Made by a program: the position numbers and the translations under genes. A stretch of 64,000 bases of DNA from Candidatus Omnitrophota bacterium (lineage in GTDB: Bacteria; Omnitrophota; Gorgyraeia; Gygaellales; Gygaellaceae): NCBI GenBank assembly GCA_018400015.1, contig JAGYNB010000001.1:70815-134814 (forward strand), written 5' to 3'. Under the pieces are notes generated by a model. The model was not told the DNA's origin. It saw only the letters and a program-made list of their open reading frames with translations, and searched no databases. This document shows positions 55,957-64,000 of the stretch, in pieces; position 1 is the stretch's first letter, and the number at the start of each line of letters is the position of its first letter.

Positions 55957-58353
55957 ATGGACTACACACCCAACACAATAGAACCTAAATGGCAGAAGTA
56001 TTGGCAGGATAATGCTTCTTTTAAAGCCAGTATGGATTCTTCACGCAAAAAATTCTACTGCCTGGAGATGTTTCCTTATCCATCGGGTAAGATACATATG
56101 GGCCATGTGCGCAATTACACTATCGGCGATGTTTACTCTAGATTTAAAAGCTTGTCCGGTTTTAATGTCATGCATCCTATGGGTTTTGATGCATTCGGCC
56201 AGCCTGCAGAGAACGCTGCCATAAAACACAATACCAAGCCTGATATCTGGACGCGTAGGTGTATTGATGCAATGAAAGAGGAACTTAAAAAAATGGGCCT
56301 TTCCTATGACTGGGATAGGGAAGTCTCAACCTGTGATAGCACGTATTATAAGTGGAACCAGTGGATATTCCTGAAGATGTTTGAGAAGGGCTTAGCTTAT
56401 AAAAAAGCTTCCAGTGTTAACTGGTGCCCGGCGTGTGAGACTACCCTTGCCAATGAAGAGGTTATTGATGGGGGATGCTGGAGATGCCACACGGAAGTTA
56501 TTCAAAAAGACCTGGACCAGTGGTATCTAAAGATAACTGATTATAAAGAAAGGCTGTTAGAAGATCTAAACAAGTTAAGTGAATGGCCCTCGCGAGTTAT
56601 CACCATGCAGACAAACTGGATCAATAAAAGTAAGGGCGTAGAGATATTCTTTAAAGTAAAAGATACCGATACCATAATACCTGTTTTTACAACAAGAGTG
56701 GATACGATATTCGGAGCAACATATATAGTCTTAGCTGCAGAGCATCCTTTAGCCAAAGAGCTGATTAAAGGCAAAGCGGAAGAACCTAAGGCACAAGAAT
56801 TTATTAAAGCTACAATTGCTAAAAGCTCTGTTGTGCGAAGTAAAGAGGACATTAAAAAAGAAGGTGTGTTTACGGGAAGTTTCGCAATTAACCCGGTTAA
56901 TAATGAGGCTATTCCTATCTGGATAGCGGATTATGTATTAATGGAATACGGTACGGGTGCGATTATGGCAGTACCTACGCATGATCAGCGGGACTTTTTA
57001 TTTGCCAAAGAACATAACCTGCCGATGAGAGTGGTAATAAAGCCACAAGATAAGGCCTTGGTTGTTGAGGATATGCAAGAAGCCTACACTTCCGGAGGCG
57101 TGCAGGTTAATTCCGGTGAATTCGATGGTTTAGACAATGAAACTGCAAAAGAAAAAATCGCTTCCTGGATGGAAGATAAGGGCATTGGTAAAATCCAAGA
57201 GCACTGGAGATTAAGAGACTGGCTTATCTCAAGGCAGAGGTACTGGGGAACACCCATACCGATAGTTTATTGTGATAACTGCGGCATTGTGCCGGTAGAG
57301 TCAGATAACCTGCCGGTTGAGCTTCCCAAAGATGCGCCGTTTACCGGCGAAGGCGGAAGCCCCTTAGGCAAGGTTGCGGAGTTTGTTAATGTGCCTTGTC
57401 CTAAATGCGGTGAGCCTTCCCGTCGGGAAACCGACACCATGGCAACATTCTTTGACTCCAGCTGGTATTTTTTAAGGTTTACTTCACCTTTATGTAATGA
57501 TCTGCCGTTTGATAAAGAACAAGCCAAGTACTGGATGGGCGTTGACCAGTATATCGGCGGCATTGAACATGCGATACTGCATTTATTATACTCAAGATTC
57601 TTTACCAAGTTCTTTAAGGATTTAGGGCTTATTGAATTGGACGAGCCTTTTAAGAAGCTTTTAACCCAGGGTATGGTGTTAAAAGACGGCGAAGTAATGA
57701 GTAAATCTAAAGGCAATGTTGTTGACCCGGATTCAGTGATAAAAAAATACGGGGCAGACAGTTTAAGATTGTTTATTCTGTTTGCCGCTCCTCCTGAAGT
57801 GGAGCTGGAGTGGGATGACCGGGCAATTGAAGGAGCGTTTAAATTCCTAAACCGTGTATGGCGCATAAAGGACAACCTCATTGAAAAATTAGACTCAAAT
57901 ACGGAAAAAGCCCTTCATAAGGCAATCCAAAAAGTCACCCAGGACTATGAGAGTTTTAAGTTCAATACAGCAATCGCCTCACTTATGGAGCTGGTGAATG
58001 TTATTTATAAAACCGGCATTGATAAGAATGGTTATTTAAAGCTTCTGGTTCTATTGAGCCCGATTGCGCCGCATATGAGCGAGGAGCTTAATAGCCTCCT
58101 AGGTGAAAAAGACGCAATTACAAAAAAAGCGTGGCCGCAATTTGATAAAGAAAAGATAAAAGAAGAAACTGTTAATATTGTTATCCAAGTTAACGGTAAA
58201 GTAAGGGCGAATATCGAGGTTGATTCTTCCATTACAGAAGAAGACCTAAAACAACTTGCTCTTGGCAATGATAACGTTATCAAGTGGACTCTGAATAAGC
58301 CTGCAAAAAAGATTATTGTTGTAAAAAACAAACTCGTCAATATAGTTGTCTAA
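55957..58353 (+). CDS. leuS: Leucine--tRNA ligase
   Basis: It has HIGH ([12 protein letters not shown]) and KMSKS (VMSKSKGN), a CP1 editing domain, and a C-terminus ([10 protein letters not shown]) typical of LeuS. Confidence 0.95.
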   Translation: MDYTPNTIEPKWQKYWQDNASFKASMDSSRKKFYCLEMFPYPSGKIHMGHVRNYTIGDVYSRFKSLSGFNVMHPMGFDAFGQPAENAAIKHNTKPDIWTRRCIDAMKEELKKMGLSYDWDREVSTCDSTYYKWNQWIFLKMFEKGLAYKKASSVNWCPACETTLANEEVIDGGCWRCHTEVIQKDLDQWYLKITDYKERLLEDLNKLSEWPSRVITMQTNWINKSKGVEIFFKVKDTDTIIPVFTTRVDTIFGATYIVLAAEHPLAKELIKGKAEEPKAQEFIKATIAKSSVVRSKEDIKKEGVFTGSFAINPVNNEAIPIWIADYVLMEYGTGAIMAVPTHDQRDFLFAKEHNLPMRVVIKPQDKALVVEDMQEAYTSGGVQVNSGEFDGLDNETAKEKIASWMEDKGIGKIQEHWRLRDWLISRQRYWGTPIPIVYCDNCGIVPVESDNLPVELPKDAPFTGEGGSPLGKVAEFVNVPCPKCGEPSRRETDTMATFFDSSWYFLRFTSPLCNDLPFDKEQAKYWMGVDQYIGGIEHAILHLLYSRFFTKFFKDLGLIELDEPFKKLLTQGMVLKDGEVMSKSKGNVVDPDSVIKKYGADSLRLFILFAAPPEVELEWDDRAIEGAFKFLNRVWRIKDNLIEKLDSNTEKALHKAIQKVTQDYESFKFNTAIASLMELVNVIYKTGIDKNGYLKLLVLLSPIAPHMSEELNSLLGEKDAITKKAWPQFDKEKIKEETVNIVIQVNGKVRANIEVDSSITEEDLKQLALGNDNVIKWTLNKPAKKIIVVKNKLVNIVV

Positions 58354-58358
58354 GCGTT

Positions 58359-58706
58359 ATGCTAAGACTAAAAAAAGAAGATAAGGTATTTTTAATCGCT
58401 ATCGTCAGCTTGATTGCCTTAAGTTTAGCGATCAGTTTCATTGTTAAAAAAAGGAATTTTACCTGTCCGTTGGTAAATCTAGTAAAAAGTAAAATTGCCT
58501 CCAATAAATCCATACCTATTAATATCAATAAAGCAACAGTTGAAGAGCTTACCTTGATTAAAGGCATAGGAGAAGTTTTGGCTTCTCGGATTATCGACTA
58601 CCGCAATAAACAAGGTGATTTTAAATCAATCGAAGAATTAAAGAATGTTAAAGGCATCGGCGAGCATAAGCTTAACAGAATAAAAAATGAAATCATTCTT
58701 GAATAA
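58359..58706 (+). CDS. comEA: ComEA-like helix-hairpin-helix DNA-binding protein
   Basis: It has an N-terminal TM helix and tandem HhH motifs (LTLIKGIGEVLASRII...LKNVKGIGEHKLNRI). Confidence 0.7.
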   Translation: MLRLKKEDKVFLIAIVSLIALSLAISFIVKKRNFTCPLVNLVKSKIASNKSIPININKATVEELTLIKGIGEVLASRIIDYRNKQGDFKSIEELKNVKGIGEHKLNRIKNEIILE

Positions 58707-60147
58707 AATATTTACCAAAATCAATGATAGCACCGCACCGATTGTTCTGGTGGTTATACTGTTGTGTTTGGGTATTATCTTTGAGAAGGTTTTTGCTTTG
58801 CCATTTTTGCTGCTGTGTGCATTGCTTATTTTAGTTTTATTGATAAGTGTTATATTTCTGCAGAAGAGTTTATCCAGCAACACAGTTTACTTACTGTTTT
58901 TTATTCTTGGTGCGATGCTTGTAGTCAATAGCAACACTTTGGCCAACAACCATATCGTAAAGGTACCGTTTGTGTTTGAGCAAGAGGTATTAGTCGACGG
59001 TGTGGTTATTGATGACCCGAGAGTTACTAAAAAAAGGATGAGTTTTTCCTTAAAAGTAGACAAGCTTTATTTTAAACAAGATATTCCGATTAAGGTTACC
59101 GGCAACCTGCTGGTACATTTATATAAAAATGCGAATATTAACTATGGGGACAAGCTTTTAGTTAAAGGGAAGCTGTCGCGTGCGTATAATTTCAGCTCCG
59201 GCTTTGATTACCGGGAGTATCTGGCAAGCAAGGGAATATACGCATTGTTTTTCGTCTCCCGCGATGACCTACTGGAAAAACAGGGTAATCTGATGCTTCA
59301 TCCTGTAAAGCATGCTGCTTATAAAATCAGGAACAATATTAAGAATATTTTTAAAACAAAGCTTCATCCTGCGTATGCCGCAGCTTACAATACGATCATT
59401 TTAGGAGAGAGTAAAAACTTGCCCAAACTATTCAGGGATAATTTTGTAAAAACAGGCACGGCGCATGTTTTGGCAGTCAGCGGCCTGCATGTAGGGATAA
59501 TATCACTTTTACTATTTTTTGTGTTGAGATTTTGCAGAATTCCTAAAAGATTAGTTTATTTTTTGATGATAATAGTGTTGATCAGCTACTGTTTTATAAC
59601 CGGGCTTAGAATATCGGTTATCAGGGCAACAGTTATGGCAGTTGTGGTATTAGTCGGGTTCTTAAAACAAAAACCTGTACATATTTATAATAGTCTAAGC
59701 CTGGCTGCCTTGATAATACTAGTGTTTAACCCGAATGAACTGTTTAATGCGGGGTTCCAGCTTTCGTTTGTGAGTGTTTTTAGTATTGTAACGTTTGTTC
59801 CTTTGTTAGAGAAGGCATTTGGATTTTACGAATGGCCGAAATTAATAAAAAATATGTTTTTTAAGCCTGTTTTTGCCTCATTCAGTGCCTGGATCGCCAC
59901 TATGCCTATAATTATAAGCAACTTCGGCATAGTCAGCTTGATCAGCGTATTGGCTAACTTTATAATTGTTCCCTATATGGCAGTAGTTTTATCAGCCGGG
60001 TTTCTTTTGATACTAGCTGGCACTGTACTGCCTATATTTAATTCTCAAATAGTAAATTTTACTAGCATTGTAATGCACGCTCTTTTTATTATGACCTCTG
60101 AATTGGCTAAAATACCCCACGCCTTTGTCTTGATTGGTAATCATTGA
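58687..60147 (+). CDS. comEC: ComEC/Rec2-family DNA internalisation channel (no metallo-beta-lactamase domain)
   Basis: It has a DUF4131-like N-terminal TM plus OB region and a Competence domain (HVLAVSGLHVGII). At 486 aa it ends before any beta-lactamase-like domain. Confidence 0.7.
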   Translation: MKSFLNKIFTKINDSTAPIVLVVILLCLGIIFEKVFALPFLLLCALLILVLLISVIFLQKSLSSNTVYLLFFILGAMLVVNSNTLANNHIVKVPFVFEQEVLVDGVVIDDPRVTKKRMSFSLKVDKLYFKQDIPIKVTGNLLVHLYKNANINYGDKLLVKGKLSRAYNFSSGFDYREYLASKGIYALFFVSRDDLLEKQGNLMLHPVKHAAYKIRNNIKNIFKTKLHPAYAAAYNTIILGESKNLPKLFRDNFVKTGTAHVLAVSGLHVGIISLLLFFVLRFCRIPKRLVYFLMIIVLISYCFITGLRISVIRATVMAVVVLVGFLKQKPVHIYNSLSLAALIILVFNPNELFNAGFQLSFVSVFSIVTFVPLLEKAFGFYEWPKLIKNMFFKPVFASFSAWIATMPIIISNFGIVSLISVLANFIIVPYMAVVLSAGFLLILAGTVLPIFNSQIVNFTSIVMHALFIMTSELAKIPHAFVLIGNH

Positions 60148-60179
60148 CAATTGGGTGATACTGTGATAAATTTAGCGTT

Positions 60180-61136
60180 ATGAAAAAGATACTAACCATA
60201 TTATTTTTAATGAGTTTTGTGTTTGTAGCCAATAGTTCTGCTTTTTGGATTTGGACACCCAAGACCAACAAGTGGGAAAATCCTAAATACAGTGTAAAGC
60301 AAAATCCTAAAGAGCATTTTGATTACGCGCTTGATTTTTACCAAAAAAAGGATTATAAACGTGCAATTGCTGAATTCAGGCGTTTGATTAAGAATTATTC
60401 CGATGCCTATGAGGCAGCAGAATCACAGTTTTATATTGGTAAATGTTATGAAGGTCTGGGTAAAGATTATGAGGCCTACAAGGCGTATCAATTGGTGATT
60501 GATAAATACCCGTTTAACAAGCGCCACGAAGAGATAATTCAGATTGAGTATGATATTGCCGAGAGGTTTATTGCCACCAAAGACGAAAGTAAGTTTTTAG
60601 GGTTGAATTTTCAGCTTGAAGACCCGGTAGTAGAGATTTTAAAGAAAATCGAGGAAAACTCTCCTTATCATAAGCTGGCAGTAAAGTCAATTTATCGGCT
60701 GGGGGTTTATTTAAAAGCAAAAGGGCTTTATTATGAAGCTCAAAAAGAGTTCGAGCTGTTGCTGGATAAATACCCTGACAGCGAATGGGTTGAACCAACA
60801 AAATTTCAGCTGGCTGAATGTTTATCTCTAGTTTCGCCTGAGGCCGAATACAGCCAGAATCTTACCCAGGAAGCAAGGAAGAAATTTGAGACTTTTGCCA
60901 AGGATCATCCGGAGGCAATACTAGGTGATTCGGCAAGGGCAAAGGTAAGCCAGTTAAAGAAAAAAGAAGCAGAAAGTAATTTTATAATCGCGCAGTTCTA
61001 TGAAAAACAAAAGGATTACGAGGCCGCCAAGGTTTATTATGATTATGTTATCGATAACTATCCGGAAAGCGATTTTGTGGCTAAGGCATTTGAGCGCATA
61101 AAAGAAATCGATAGTAAAATATCGGAGAGCAAATAA
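60180..61136 (+). CDS. Secreted TPR-repeat protein (BamD/YbgF-like)
   Basis: It has a signal peptide without a lipobox Cys and several TPR-like repeats (YEAAESQFYIGKCYEGLGKDYEAYKAYQ...). Confidence 0.4.
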   Translation: MKKILTILFLMSFVFVANSSAFWIWTPKTNKWENPKYSVKQNPKEHFDYALDFYQKKDYKRAIAEFRRLIKNYSDAYEAAESQFYIGKCYEGLGKDYEAYKAYQLVIDKYPFNKRHEEIIQIEYDIAERFIATKDESKFLGLNFQLEDPVVEILKKIEENSPYHKLAVKSIYRLGVYLKAKGLYYEAQKEFELLLDKYPDSEWVEPTKFQLAECLSLVSPEAEYSQNLTQEARKKFETFAKDHPEAILGDSARAKVSQLKKKEAESNFIIAQFYEKQKDYEAAKVYYDYVIDNYPESDFVAKAFERIKEIDSKISESK

Positions 61137-61690
61137 TGAAATCTCTAAATAATATTGTTTTATTTTCATTAATCGTATTGATAACTGTTAGTTTAACTGC
61201 TTGTGGTTATAGCACATCGGGCGCAAATCTTCCTGCAGGGATAAAGACAATACATGTATTACCGTTTAAAAATAAAATTGACATCACATCCGAAGTGACC
61301 ACGCTTGACAGGTTCAGAAGCTATCGTCCGCTTTTGGAGGTAGATATCAGGAATGCCGTAATCGACAGGTTCCTTTTAGACGGTGCCTTAAAAATAGACG
61401 ATAGCGAAAATGCAGACTGGATTTTAGAGGGTGAATTGGCTGAGTTCAGAAAAGACGCTTTAAAATATACCTCTGATGATGAGACAGTAAAAGAATACAG
61501 GATAAACATCATAGTGAATATTTCACTTTTCGATAAAGACGGAAGAATTGTTTGGAGTGAGCCCGGATTTACCGCAGACTCAACTTACTTTACCCAAGGC
61601 GCCAATGCAAAAAGCGAAGTTACTGCCATTGACGATGCCTTGACTGATTTGGCAAGGCGCATAGTAGAAAGAGTAGTGGAAGATTGGTAA
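61136..61690 (+). CDS. LptE-like lipoprotein
   Basis: It has a lipobox LTAC, LptE length (184 aa), and a pattern (KEYRINIIVNISLFDKDGRIVWS) resembling E. coli LptE ([24 protein letters not shown]). It sits in a leuS...holA context, as in E. coli. Confidence 0.45.
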   Translation: MKSLNNIVLFSLIVLITVSLTACGYSTSGANLPAGIKTIHVLPFKNKIDITSEVTTLDRFRSYRPLLEVDIRNAVIDRFLLDGALKIDDSENADWILEGELAEFRKDALKYTSDDETVKEYRINIIVNISLFDKDGRIVWSEPGFTADSTYFTQGANAKSEVTAIDDALTDLARRIVERVVEDW

Positions 61691-61693
61691 GGT

Positions 61694-62338
61694 ATGAATT
61701 TTTTTATTTACGCAGATAATGCCGATTTTATAGATTTGCAGATCGATAAGATAAAAAACCACCATTGCAAGAAGTCTTCATTGGATTTTAATTTTCACAC
61801 GCTTCACGCAAACGATATCCGCAGTAAAAGAATAATAGAAGAACGCCTTTTGCAGCTTCCTTTAAACGCAAAAAAAACAGTATTAGTTATAAGGTGTACC
61901 GAACAATTAAAAAAACCGATAAAAGATTTTTTAATAAGTTATTTAAACAGGCCTTATGAGCATGTGGTTTTGGTTTTAGAAAGCTCGCAGGCGCCAGATA
62001 AGAAAGATTATTTTTTTAATAATCTGCCTAAAAGCGTCAGGGTAGTCCACGGGGAAAATAGTTTTTCCTTTAATGGCTTTGATTTATATCACGCAATTGA
62101 AAAAAATCAGCCTGCGCGGGCTTTGAAGATACTTTCTTTTTTGCTTGATAAGACAAAACCGGTTAAGTTATTAGGGGGTATGGCAGGGTATTTTGCTAAA
62201 AGGCCCCCTGCGAGGGATAAAGAACTAAAGCTTTACTTAGAATATATGCACGATGCAGATATTAGAATAAAGACCACGTCTATTGATCCAAAGCTTGTTA
62301 TGGAGCGACTGGTTTTAAGAATGTGTTTTATTAAGTAA
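61694..62338 (+). CDS. DNA polymerase III delta subunit-like protein (HolA N-terminal region, short)
   Basis: The N-terminal domain pattern (KKTVLVIRCTEQLKK...FLISYLNRPYEHVVLVLE) resembles HolA domain I. At 214 aa against about 340, its 3' end overlaps rpsT by 24 bp. Confidence 0.4.
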   Translation: MNFFIYADNADFIDLQIDKIKNHHCKKSSLDFNFHTLHANDIRSKRIIEERLLQLPLNAKKTVLVIRCTEQLKKPIKDFLISYLNRPYEHVVLVLESSQAPDKKDYFFNNLPKSVRVVHGENSFSFNGFDLYHAIEKNQPARALKILSFLLDKTKPVKLLGGMAGYFAKRPPARDKELKLYLEYMHDADIRIKTTSIDPKLVMERLVLRMCFIK

Positions 62339-62581
62339 TAGCTGCAGTCTGGAAGCTTTACGTGTAGCGGTATTTTTGGGAATTATGTTCTTTTTAGCAG
62401 CTTTGGCAAGTTGAGACGCTATCTTAGGTAGTAATTCTTTAGCCTCAGCTGTTTTTTTCTCATCGATCAGTTTTTTGAAAAGCTTGATTGATTTTTTGAA
62501 CTGATTCTTTATTTTTACGTTATGAGTATGTCTTTTTTTGCTTTTTCTTAATTCTTTTAAAGCTGAATATCTTTGCGGCAT
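62315..62581 (-). CDS. rpsT: 30S ribosomal protein S20
   Basis: It is an 88-aa basic helical protein (MPQRYSALKELRKSKKRHTHNVKIKNQFKKSIK...) of typical S20 sequence. Confidence 0.85.
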   Translation of the reverse strand: MPQRYSALKELRKSKKRHTHNVKIKNQFKKSIKLFKKLIDEKKTAEAKELLPKIASQLAKAAKKNIIPKNTATRKASRLQLLLNKTHS

Positions 62582-62629
62582 AATAATCTTTCCTTTCTAA
62601 GGTGTTAAATATAGCAGAAACTTTTTTAT

Positions 62630-64000
62630 ATGTCAACCAATAAATCTATTCTTTTCTCAGCCTCAAGTATAACTTTCGCAACGATAATCTCGCGTATTTT
62701 CGGCTTTATCCGCGATATTATGCTGGCCGGATTCTTGGGTACGGGTATATTTGCCCAGGCATTTGTAATTGCTTTTAGGATTCCCAATCTATTAAGGACT
62801 CTTTTTGGAGAAGGTTTGGTGAATTCTGTATTTGTGCCTGTATTTTCAGGATACCTGGAAAAGAATGAGACCTCGCGTTTTTGGCATTTGAGCGTTTCAC
62901 TTTTTAAAAGGATTGTATTGATCCTGATTTTGTCAGTTATAATAGGTGTTTTTCTCATGCCGATCGTGGTAAGGCTGATCGCACCAGGTTTTATTAATGA
63001 CCCCCAAAAGCTGGGGGTGAGCATTGACCTGTCACGGTTAATGTTTCCTTATATTTTGCTGATTTCAATCGCAGTTTATTTATCTAGTATCCTAAACAGT
63101 CATAAGATATTTTTCTTACCGGCAGTAAATCCTGCCATTTTAAATATTTCTATCATAATCACATTGTTTTTATTTTCTAAACAAATAAAATACGATGTTA
63201 CGCCTTTAGGTGTTGCTGTATTGGTTGCCGGATTTTTACAGATTGTTGTGTTAATGCCAACTCTTTTTAGAAAAGGCTTCCGAATGGATTTTTTAAAAAG
63301 CAGCGATAAGGGTGAGGTTTTAGTGAGAAAGAAAATTCTTAATCTTGCTTTGCCCAGAATATTCAGCTCTGCCGTGTATCATGTAAGCGTTTTTGTAGAC
63401 ACGATTCTCGCGTCATTATCAACAATAGTAGGCGAAGGTGCGATTGCCGCAATTTATTACGCAAATAGGATTATTCAGTTTCCTCTGGCGATATTTAGTT
63501 TTGCTATCACAACGGCAGCTTTGCCGACATTGTCGCGTCAGGCTTCCGGGGCGGATTTAAGCAGTTTTAAAAGAACAGTTTCCTTTACGATAGAGAATAT
63601 TATTTTTATTCTTGCTCCCATAAGCGTGCTTTTGTTTGTTTTGGCCCGTCCTGTGATAGAGATAATATTTCAGAGGGGGGAGTTCGGGCAGTATTCTACG
63701 AATATTACCAGTAGCGTTCTGTTTTTCTATTCGTTTGGTCTGTTATTTTTTGGAGTGAGCCGAATGCTTTCAACAAGCTTTTATGCTATGCAGGATACAC
63801 TCACTCCTTTAAAAAGCGCAATCATAGCCTTGATTGTAAATGTCGTACTTGATTTAATATTAATGTTTCCTTTAGGCGTTGGCGGTCTTGCCTTGGCAAG
63901 CGCTGTTGCATCTTTTATTAATGCCGGTATGCTTTTTAGGATACTTGATAGGAGGCTAGGTTTTGGTTTGTCGGGTTTTCTAATGAGAGAGTTTATAAAA
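62630..64000 (+). CDS. murJ: Lipid II flippase MurJ (MviN), 3' end outside the window
   Basis: The ATG at 62630 opens a frame that runs to the window end. The N-terminus (ATIISRIFGFIRDIMLAGFLGTGIFAQAFVIAFRIPNLLRTLFGEG) is the canonical MurJ signature. It is absent from the ORF track because there is no stop in the window. Confidence 0.85.
   Translation, partial: MSTNKSILFSASSITFATIISRIFGFIRDIMLAGFLGTGIFAQAFVIAFRIPNLLRTLFGEGLVNSVFVPVFSGYLEKNETSRFWHLSVSLFKRIVLILILSVIIGVFLMPIVVRLIAPGFINDPQKLGVSIDLSRLMFPYILLISIAVYLSSILNSHKIFFLPAVNPAILNISIIITLFLFSKQIKYDVTPLGVAVLVAGFLQIVVLMPTLFRKGFRMDFLKSSDKGEVLVRKKILNLALPRIFSSAVYHVSVFVDTILASLSTIVGEGAIAAIYYANRIIQFPLAIFSFAITTAALPTLSRQASGADLSSFKRTVSFTIENIIFILAPISVLLFVLARPVIEIIFQRGEFGQYSTNITSSVLFFYSFGLLFFGVSRMLSTSFYAMQDTLTPLKSAIIALIVNVVLDLILMFPLGVGGLALASAVASFINAGMLFRILDRRLGFGLSGFLMREFIK

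Noticed and set aside
57267-57881. 204-aa minus-strand ORF inside leuS, with 56541-56852 and 58032-58340 minus-strand ORFs
   Set aside because: They are antisense to a near-certain leuS reading frame and have no independent support.

Overview
This is an AT-rich, gene-dense chromosomal window, roughly mid-30s % GC by eye, almost entirely coding on the + strand. It is probably from a diderm bacterium: LptE-like, TolC, MurJ, NfeD/stomatin and Pst genes are present. I found no transposase, integrase, CRISPR array or rRNA.

Gene order as I read it:
- 5'-truncated era.
- M20 peptidase, PAC2-family protein, HAD hydrolase, UPF0280-like protein.
- A new transcription unit behind a promoter and hairpin: Ddl-like ATP-grasp ligase, KamA-family lysine 2,3-aminomutase, a divergent EF-G/RPP-like GTPase, and a YchF homolog lacking its G domain.
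- purH, folC, mnmE, folE, dgkA, a TPR membrane protein and a lipoprotein.
- A Pho regulon: phoB-like regulator, phoR-like kinase, a Bacillus-type PhoP-box array, a long leader, a porin, then pstSCAB-phoU.
- MoxR AAA ATPase, DUF58, and two large membrane proteins that together look like a split, transglutaminase-less TgpA with a giant coiled coil and Big_2 Ig domains.
- A HAMP-only mini membrane protein on the minus strand, convergent.
- MarR, TolC and an RND pump with no membrane-fusion protein.
- Divergent PAP2 (DUF212), LysM L,D-transpeptidase, accA.
- A PadR-headed locus that I consider the best candidate for an undescribed system, extending through the OMP at 51080-52567.
  - Enzymes: acyl-AMP ligase, an MtnP/MtnA/MtnB-like trio (as in the 5'-deoxyadenosine DHAP shunt), a B12-binding radical SAM enzyme, an extra eIF2B-like mini-protein, and a class-II aldolase with a C-terminal SCP2-like tail.
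  - Exporters: an MMPL transporter, a LolA-like DUF1329 protein and a DUF1302-like OMP.
- A bidirectional terminator, then a second HAMP-only mini-protein paralogous to the first.
- tRNA-Leu(CAA), the stomatin/NfeD pair, and tRNA-Ala(GGC) with a terminator.
- A 480-bp AT-rich non-coding spacer, then leuS, comEA, comEC, a TPR protein, an LptE-like lipoprotein, a short holA-like gene, rpsT (minus strand) and the start of murJ.

All functional calls rest on motif and family recognition by eye. I ran no database search.
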